The notes beneath the pieces were generated by a model, which worked only from the letters and a program-made list of their open reading frames with translations, made no database searches and was not told the origin of the DNA. From Oceanispirochaeta sp. (GTDB lineage Bacteria > Spirochaetota > Spirochaetia > DSM-2461): a stretch of 64,000 nt of DNA. This document shows, piece by piece, positions 57,520 to 64,000 of the stretch; position 1 is the stretch's first letter, and every line of letters starts with the position of its first letter. The stretch spans positions 128,001 to 192,000 of the forward strand of contig CAXXXD010000001.1 in NCBI GenBank assembly GCA_963663385.2. The letters run 5' to 3'. A program made the translations under genes and the position numbers.

Positions 57520-59037
57520 ATGAATAAACCTTTTTTTGAACTGAAAAATATATCAAAATATTTTGCCAAAGTAATTGCAAACAAGGATGTTTCCTTATCC
57601 ATTAATCGAGGCGAAGTCCTGGCTCTCCTGGGAGAAAACGGGGCAGGAAAGAGTACATGCATGAAAATCCTTTACGGGCTTTATCAGGCTGACGAAGGAG
57701 AGATTTTCAAAGAAGGTGAAAGGATAATAATCAAATCACCCAAAGATGCAATGCAGCATAGGATTTCCATGATTCAGCAGCATTTCTCTCTCGTTTCAGC
57801 GCATACCGTTACGGAGAATATTATCCTCGGAAATGTAAAAGGGAAAATAAACTGGATTGAGGAAGAAAGAAAGATTCAGAAATTGGCTGATCAGTACGGA
57901 TTTGCTGTTGACTCCCGGAAAAAGATAAAAGATCTGACTGTAGGAGAGCAGCAGAAAGTTGAAATATTAAAGGCATTATACTTGGACGCGAATTTGCTGA
58001 TAATGGATGAGCCCACAGCAGTGTTAACTCCTCAGGAGATAGATATATTAATGGATTTCGTTAAGGGTTACTCCAAACGGGGCAATGCCGTTATTTTCAT
58101 AACCCATAAGCTTAAGGAAGTAATGAGTGTAGCAAACAGAATTATTGTAATGAGATCCGGAATGATACATGGGAATGTATTAAAAGAGCAGACAAATGAA
58201 ATTGAATTATCAAAAATGATGATTGAACATACAATTAAAGAATTAGAGAAAGTCAACGATGATAATGATGTGAAAGATGTCAGCCTTTCCGTCAGGAATT
58301 TAACCGTTAGGCAGAAGAACGAGATCCCCCTGTTAAATGATGTATCTTTTAATATTCACAGGGGTGAAATCTTCGGTATTGCCGGAGTTTCAGGCAATGG
58401 ACAACAGGAACTCTGCATGGCAATCTGCGGAGCCGTAAAACCGGTTGGTGGATCAATCATCCTTGAAAATGAGGACATAACCGACTTTTCGATCAGGAAG
58501 AGAATCTCTATGGGAATGGGATATGTCCCGTCGGACAGACATCGGTATGGAATGCTTATGGACATGAGCCTGTCCGAAAACATCCTGCTTAAAACCAGTT
58601 ATTCCAAAAAGTGGAAAAAGAATGGATTGATTGATAAAAAGAAACTGACCGATACTACAAATCAGATATTAGAGAAATTCAATGTGAAAGCTCCGGGACA
58701 TTACTCCCTGGCAAAAGAATTGTCCGGTGGAAATCAGCAGAAGGTCATTGTCGGCAGAGAAGTCGAATTCTGCGGAGATTTCATTATATTCGATCAGCCT
58801 ACCAGAGGTTTGGATTTAGGCGCAATCAACAATGTCCACTCGGCCATATTAAAAGAGAAGCAGAAAAACAAGGCTGTTATGCTGATCTCGACAGAGTTGT
58901 CTGAAATTTTTGCCTTATCCGACAGGGTTGCTGTTTTCTATAAGGGCGAAATACAGGGTATATATAAAACATCCGAACTCAGCAGTGAAAAAATCGGGTT
59001 GCTTATGGCTGGATATAAGCATCAGGAGGCAATCTAA
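57520..59037 (+). CDS. CUT2 nucleoside-type ABC transporter ATP-binding protein
   Basis: VIANKDV, GENGAGKST, LTVGEQQKVEILKAL, GVSGNGQQEL, LSGGNQQK and QPTRGLD. Confidence 0.93.
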   Translation: MNKPFFELKNISKYFAKVIANKDVSLSINRGEVLALLGENGAGKSTCMKILYGLYQADEGEIFKEGERIIIKSPKDAMQHRISMIQQHFSLVSAHTVTENIILGNVKGKINWIEEERKIQKLADQYGFAVDSRKKIKDLTVGEQQKVEILKALYLDANLLIMDEPTAVLTPQEIDILMDFVKGYSKRGNAVIFITHKLKEVMSVANRIIVMRSGMIHGNVLKEQTNEIELSKMMIEHTIKELEKVNDDNDVKDVSLSVRNLTVRQKNEIPLLNDVSFNIHRGEIFGIAGVSGNGQQELCMAICGAVKPVGGSIILENEDITDFSIRKRISMGMGYVPSDRHRYGMLMDMSLSENILLKTSYSKKWKKNGLIDKKKLTDTTNQILEKFNVKAPGHYSLAKELSGGNQQKVIVGREVEFCGDFIIFDQPTRGLDLGAINNVHSAILKEKQKNKAVMLISTELSEIFALSDRVAVFYKGEIQGIYKTSELSSEKIGLLMAGYKHQEAI

Positions 59038-60086
59038 TGGATAAAAAAAACCGGGATATTCTTATTACCAGCTTCCTGGCAATTCTGTTGGGACTGATTC
59101 TCAGCGGTATTATGGTTCTTTTTCTGAAAAAGAATCCCATATATGTTTTCAGCATTCTCTTCTCATCCATGTTTCGGGATGGCTATACAATCGGAGAAAT
59201 CTTTGTAAAGGCGACACCCCTGATTTTTACGGCGCTGGCTTTTGCTTTTACGTTTAAAGCGAATCTTTTCAATATTGGAGCCCAGGGGCAATTCTATATG
59301 GGATCGATAACGGCTGTGACTGTATCGTTATTTATACCGTCTCCCCTTGCCATTCCACTGGCTATTTTCTTCTCTTTTCTGATCAGCGGGATATGGGGAG
59401 GCTTTATTGGATTCTTTAAAGCCAGATTCAAAGCGAATGAATTTCTCATCAGTATGATGAGCACTTATGTCGCCCTGAATTTTATGAACTATTTACTGAG
59501 AACAGTCCTGATGGAAAGCAAAGGCGAATACCCTCAAACCGATTCGCTGGTAAAAAGTACCTGGCTATTTAAAATTGTTCCGCATACAAGACTTCACTTC
59601 GGTTTTGTTCTGGCGATTCTTGCTGCAGTAATTGTCTGGCTCATACTCTACAGAACGACTTTGGGATTCAGGATCAGAGCTGTGGGACAAAACCAGGAAG
59701 CTGCAAGGATGAGCGGCGTCAATCCTGAAAGGATTTATATTTTCACCTTTTTTGTCAGCGGAGGACTGGCGGGTCTTGCCGGAGTCACAGAGGTCAATGG
59801 GGTTCAGCATATGCTGCTTCAGGGTTTTAACCCTTCAATTGGAGCCCTTGGCATAGGAATCGCTATTTTAGCCAATGCCAATCCCATAGGGATCATCTTC
59901 GCTTCAATCCTGTTCGGAGCCTTGCATGTAGGAGGTACTATCATGGGCCAGCTGTCAGGAGTGCCTTCCAGTATTATAAATTTAATGGAAGGGTTTGTTA
60001 TGGTATTTGTCATCATCTCTTATTTTGTGCGGAAGAGATGGGAGTTGAACAGAGAAAAAAAACTTCTTAAGGAAGGGATCTACTGA
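59037..60086 (+). CDS. Nucleoside-type ABC permease 1
   Basis: ATPLIFTAL, FNIGAQGQ and GFRIRAVGQNQEAARMSG. Confidence 0.92.
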   Translation: MDKKNRDILITSFLAILLGLILSGIMVLFLKKNPIYVFSILFSSMFRDGYTIGEIFVKATPLIFTALAFAFTFKANLFNIGAQGQFYMGSITAVTVSLFIPSPLAIPLAIFFSFLISGIWGGFIGFFKARFKANEFLISMMSTYVALNFMNYLLRTVLMESKGEYPQTDSLVKSTWLFKIVPHTRLHFGFVLAILAAVIVWLILYRTTLGFRIRAVGQNQEAARMSGVNPERIYIFTFFVSGGLAGLAGVTEVNGVQHMLLQGFNPSIGALGIGIAILANANPIGIIFASILFGALHVGGTIMGQLSGVPSSIINLMEGFVMVFVIISYFVRKRWELNREKKLLKEGIY

Positions 60087-61000
60087 TGATTGTGAGTTTA
60101 TTATCCAGAGCAATGATGATGAGTACGCCGTTATTATTCGGATCCTTATCGGAAGTCTTTTCCGAAAGAACCGGCGTGATGGTTACTGCAATCGAGGGGA
60201 TCTTCCTGATGGGAGCCTGGGCGGGCTTTACTGCAACTTATTTAACCGGGAGTTTAGGCCTGGGAATACTTTTTTCAGCACTTTCCGGTTTATTAGTGGC
60301 CATCCTCTATGCCTTTATTGTTGTAACTTTGAAACAGCATCAAATCGTAACAGGAACAGCTATAAATATTCTGATCGTCGGTCTATGTTCATTTCTGCAG
60401 AGAGTGGTTTTCGGGGTTCCTCTATCGCCATTAACTGTCGAACCCTTAAAAAAACATGCAATCCCGCTGCTTTCAGAAATACCTCTATTAGGTCCGATAT
60501 TCTTCAATCAGAATATATTAACATATTCAATCTATGCACTTGTTCCCCTGGGATTTTTTATTCTCTATAAAACATCTCTCGGACTGGTAATCCGGTCTAC
60601 AGGTGAAAATCCGGAAGCCGTCGATGTATCGGGCATTAATGTATCAAAAGTCAGATTCTACACTGTTGCCGTTTCCGGCATAATGTGCGGTATTGCAGGA
60701 GCTTTCTACTCTATAGGCTATCTGGGAATGTTTACCACAAATATGATCGGCGGGAGAGGCTGGATCGCCTTTGCAATCTGCTTTCTGGGGAACTGGAATC
60801 CGGTAGGAGCCTTCATTGGAACGGTTATCTTTGGATTAGCCGAAGCATTTGCCATTTTAATGCAATCGAATTCAGCGACTATGCTGCCCAACGAACTGTT
60901 TATATCATTGCCGTATATACTGACGATAATACTGACAATAAGCAGGAAATCATTTAATGTTCCTTCCAGACTGGGAACGGCTTATATGAAAGAGAATTAA
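60086..61000 (+). CDS. Nucleoside-type ABC permease 2
   Basis: SERTGV..IEG, RSTGENPEAVDVSGINV, GGRGWIA and LPYILT. Confidence 0.92.
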   Translation: MIVSLLSRAMMMSTPLLFGSLSEVFSERTGVMVTAIEGIFLMGAWAGFTATYLTGSLGLGILFSALSGLLVAILYAFIVVTLKQHQIVTGTAINILIVGLCSFLQRVVFGVPLSPLTVEPLKKHAIPLLSEIPLLGPIFFNQNILTYSIYALVPLGFFILYKTSLGLVIRSTGENPEAVDVSGINVSKVRFYTVAVSGIMCGIAGAFYSIGYLGMFTTNMIGGRGWIAFAICFLGNWNPVGAFIGTVIFGLAEAFAILMQSNSATMLPNELFISLPYILTIILTISRKSFNVPSRLGTAYMKEN

Positions 61001-61010
61001 CAGGAAACAT

Positions 61011-61052
61011 CCCGGGCCTGGAATATTGTGATTTCACCAGACCCGGGTTTTT
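61011..61052. terminator. Probable bidirectional terminator between convergent genes
   Basis: CCCGGGcCTGG...CCAGaCCCGGG followed by a T run. Confidence 0.55.
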
Positions 61053-62298
61053 AACGCCGCAGGTTATTCAGCCTCTTCTGGGCTTCATCCAGGTAGGCAA
61101 GATCAACAGCTCCCTGTTTCAGGACAAGTTCCTGGAAAGCGTCGTCATAGACCTGTTTCACCTCACCCCAGGAAACATAGTCACTTCCGGGAACGCCGGA
61201 AACTATCCCGGTTTTCAGCACTTCGATTCCTTTGGCAATTATTTCGTCTTCTACAGAATCACCGAGTTTCTCCAGAGATTCGTTTATGGGAGGAATAAAC
61301 CCTCCCGTTCCTTTGGAAATGACAACGGCCCGTTCGGGCTGGGTCATGAATTCAATAAATTTAATTGCCAGGTCCTTATGGGGAGCGCCGTTCATAACAG
61401 CAAATCCACTGGCGCCGGCAATTGTCCCGATCCCTTTAGGACCTCTGGGAGCCGGAGCCAGAATAAAATCATCCGGAGCCTCCCGGTAAACCTCTCCCAC
61501 CCGGACCATATGGGCAACAGTCATCCAGATATCGCCGTTTCTCAGGGGGGGAGTCATATTGTCAAACTCATTGATTTTCGGGCTGTAGGCATCCCTCATC
61601 CGGACCATCTGCTCCCATCCCTTAACGGCTTCTGAAGAGTTTATGACTGGAAAATCCCCGCCATAGGACAGAAAAACGCCGCCGTACATATATATCAGGG
61701 ATTTCTGTGGAACGCCGGTTACACCGGCTTTGCCCTCCCCTTCTCCCCGGGAAACATTAATCGCCCACTGAACATAGTCCTCCCAGGAGAGATTCTGGGG
61801 ATCCGCACCCTCCGGTTTGTAAGGAAGGGCTTTTTTATTAATCAGCGTCAGATACACATCGCCCCCGATAGGAGCAAAATATGTTTTCCCTCCCGAAGAG
61901 ATCCTGAAACAGAACGCATTGGAAAAGGTACGGTCCGTCCACTCGTCAACCGGGAGAGGTATAACATACTCACTGCGGATCCAGTCAGACATGATCCCGT
62001 CGTGTACAATAACAACGTCTGTTGTCACCTTACCGGACTCCTTCTGGAACTGCGCTTTTTTCAAAAGGGAGTCATCATCCATAGTCTCGAACTTAACAAG
62101 ACAGTTATTGGCTTTCTCGAATTCCGGAAAAATCTCCTCCAGAAGGAATTTCTGTTCCTCGGGAGGACTGTAGAGTCTGGATTCCACAATCAGTTCGACA
62201 GGATCCGGTTTACCCTCGGTTTTTACTTTTTTCTGACAGGAGATCATAGCAATTACGGGTATTGATACCAGTGCAATTATTAAAAATCGATTCTTCAT
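61051..62298 (-). CDS. Orphan CUT1-type solute-binding lipoprotein
   Basis: Lipobox-like ..IAMISC; FEKANNCLV, SWEDYVQWA, PAPRGPKG and LAIKFIEFM. Confidence 0.82.
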   Translation of the reverse strand: MKNRFLIIALVSIPVIAMISCQKKVKTEGKPDPVELIVESRLYSPPEEQKFLLEEIFPEFEKANNCLVKFETMDDDSLLKKAQFQKESGKVTTDVVIVHDGIMSDWIRSEYVIPLPVDEWTDRTFSNAFCFRISSGGKTYFAPIGGDVYLTLINKKALPYKPEGADPQNLSWEDYVQWAINVSRGEGEGKAGVTGVPQKSLIYMYGGVFLSYGGDFPVINSSEAVKGWEQMVRMRDAYSPKINEFDNMTPPLRNGDIWMTVAHMVRVGEVYREAPDDFILAPAPRGPKGIGTIAGASGFAVMNGAPHKDLAIKFIEFMTQPERAVVISKGTGGFIPPINESLEKLGDSVEDEIIAKGIEVLKTGIVSGVPGSDYVSWGEVKQVYDDAFQELVLKQGAVDLAYLDEAQKRLNNLRR

Positions 62299-62433
62299 TT
62301 CTCAAGGGCTCCCTCTAATCAGTAAAGAGTAAACTGAGTCAGTATAACTCATATATTATATACATAGACTTTTCACGGTTAAATAGAAATTTTAATTCAA
62401 ATTGATCAGTTTTACCGCTTTATGAAGTTAAAT

Positions 62434-63321
62434 TCACAAGAATTCCATAATTCTTTTGACTAACCGGTCGGCTCCGTCAAAGGGTCCTGAGTAGTTTCGG
62501 TTTGTATCAAGACGCCATTTCTGATTCTCAGCAGCCCTCTTCTGAGGCAGGTAGATAGTCGGAAGATTATAAAACCGGGTTTCATAGAAGAAGTTGTAGC
62601 CGCAGGCTCCGATAGCCAGATCCACGCCGGAAAGGTAGTGGGACAAAGGGAATATGCGATCCGCCCGTTCATCCAGATTGCTCAATTGAACGAGGTGATA
62701 CTCATTTGAATCGATATCAGCATCTGCCATTATTGTTTCCAGCTCCCCGGGCATCCCGTTATGGGCGGCCAGGGCCAGTTTCTTCCCGGCAGGGACCTCC
62801 AATGCATCCCGGATTATACCGGGCGGTTGTATATCCTCTTTTGTAACACCGATTACCGGTGGAACAGAGAGGGCATCCTCCAACTCGAATCCAGGTTCCA
62901 TATTGAAGACAAGATCATATTCTTCAGGATCAAACTTCAGAACAGTGCCATCCTTCAACGGCGGGGTTTGAAGCCAGATCGGCTCTATCTGACGGAAGAA
63001 AATAGCTTTTTTAGCCTTAAAATCCTGCAGGATGGGAATAAGGGGCAGCCAGAGATGATCCGAGAGTATGACATCCGGCTCCAGCTGTTTCAGATACTGA
63101 TAGAGCATGGTTTGCCGGTCATGCCGAAAGTAGAGACGGGGTTCCAGATCCATCCGGATGATTTCGAGGGTCTCATCGTCCAGAGGGACGAAGAGATCCG
63201 AATCGGTTAGGAGAGAGAACTGCAGGTCATCGCCGCAGGCTCTTCTACACGCCTGCCAGAGAGCCAGGCCGCCGAAGAGGTGGCCAGCTCCTTTACCGAA
63301 GTGGAGGGAGATTATGTTCAA
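62434..63321 (-). CDS. Hypothetical protein, possibly GT-B fold (GT28-like)
   Basis: N-terminal GKGAGHL; C-terminal DLAIGACGYNFFYE..LPTIYLP..ENQKWR resembles the GT28 nucleotide-sugar-binding motif. Confidence 0.5.
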   Translation of the reverse strand: MNIISLHFGKGAGHLFGGLALWQACRRACGDDLQFSLLTDSDLFVPLDDETLEIIRMDLEPRLYFRHDRQTMLYQYLKQLEPDVILSDHLWLPLIPILQDFKAKKAIFFRQIEPIWLQTPPLKDGTVLKFDPEEYDLVFNMEPGFELEDALSVPPVIGVTKEDIQPPGIIRDALEVPAGKKLALAAHNGMPGELETIMADADIDSNEYHLVQLSNLDERADRIFPLSHYLSGVDLAIGACGYNFFYETRFYNLPTIYLPQKRAAENQKWRLDTNRNYSGPFDGADRLVKRIMEFL

Positions 63322-63327
63322 CCGAAA

Positions 63328-64000
63328 TCAGGCTCCCTCATTGTAAGAATAACGAAACATCTCCGAAGGACTGGAATTCGAATAGAAGCTGTATATATCA
63401 GCATTTGTATCTTCCGGACTATCCAGTCTGAACAGTCTCGTTTCAGTTAAATCCTCTACACAGTAAAAATAATATTTATTGTCAGGGAGCACTCCCATTG
63501 GATAAAAATAACGATATTTACCCTCTTCCGGTTCCTCAAAAGGAGATCCATAATGCTGCCAGGTACCATCTGACCGGGAAAAGTACCGGACACTACCATA
63601 CGCAGAAGTAGAATGATCTTCATAGACATTCAGACTAACATATATTGAATTCCATTTATGCATCCCCATAAGGTAATTATAATCAACATAGGAAGACAAG
63701 GAACCAGAAAGACCAATAAAATCATTAATATCTGAGGGTAATTCAGCAGAAAGAGACCATGAATTGTCTGAACTAAGATTCCATATTTTCTGTAGTACTT
63801 TATCAGCATCATCACCATTCCGACGATCCAGCCCCATAATAAACAAATCTCCATTAGCATCCTGAAAAGCACCATTTGTTACAAATGAATAAGTATCGGA
63901 GACTTCCCACTTATTAAGTACTAACTCGTTTGAAAAATCATATGTATAACATCCTCGCGATGTAGAGAGCAAAAGGGTTCCATCATTCAATAGGTCAATC
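63328..64000 (-). CDS. Hypothetical protein, 3' part only (AT-rich; start lies beyond the window)
   Basis: Open frame of more than 220 aa, rich in Tyr/Ser/Asp, beta-propeller-like by composition; no recognised motif. Confidence 0.55.
   Translation of the reverse strand, partial: IDLLNDGTLLLSTSRGCYTYDFSNELVLNKWEVSDTYSFVTNGAFQDANGDLFIMGLDRRNGDDADKVLQKIWNLSSDNSWSLSAELPSDINDFIGLSGSLSSYVDYNYLMGMHKWNSIYVSLNVYEDHSTSAYGSVRYFSRSDGTWQHYGSPFEEPEEGKYRYFYPMGVLPDNKYYFYCVEDLTETRLFRLDSPEDTNADIYSFYSNSSPSEMFRYSYNEGA

Overview
A gene-dense bacterial chromosome segment, most likely from a free-living Spirochaetaceae. This is inferred from the 'FANG/FAGG'-type signal peptides on solute-binding proteins, a BMP-family binding protein, LA_2272-like repeats and the many sugar ABC systems and MCPs. 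It holds four sugar/nucleoside ABC transporter loci with regulators, ribokinase, a GH31 glycosidase, Lon, an Orp-like NifX/MinD-ferredoxin/Mrp cluster, leuCD, an NCS2 permease, hpt, three MCPs, and an ECF sigma/anti-sigma/exported-caspase module. No rRNA, tRNA, CRISPR array, transposase or integrase was seen. The most striking signal occurs twice (4097-7235 and 52956-56130): a soluble histidine kinase whose N-terminal input module is a CUT2-type ABC-transporter ATPase domain (ABC-PAS-HisKA-HATPase). Each is paired with an NtrC-type sigma54 activator and sits beside a CUT2 ABC importer carrying a perfectly spaced -24/-12 promoter and a shared TGT-N11-ACA enhancer-like site. This suggests a transporter-docked signalling system that I do not know to be characterised. 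Other notable items are a 96-bp direct repeat bracketing an integrase-free 8-kb sugar cassette, an exported caspase-family protease linked to an ECF sigma factor, an agmatinase homologue lacking metal ligands, several apparently leaderless genes, and homogenised tandem MCPs. All calls were made by eye from motifs; no database searches were run.
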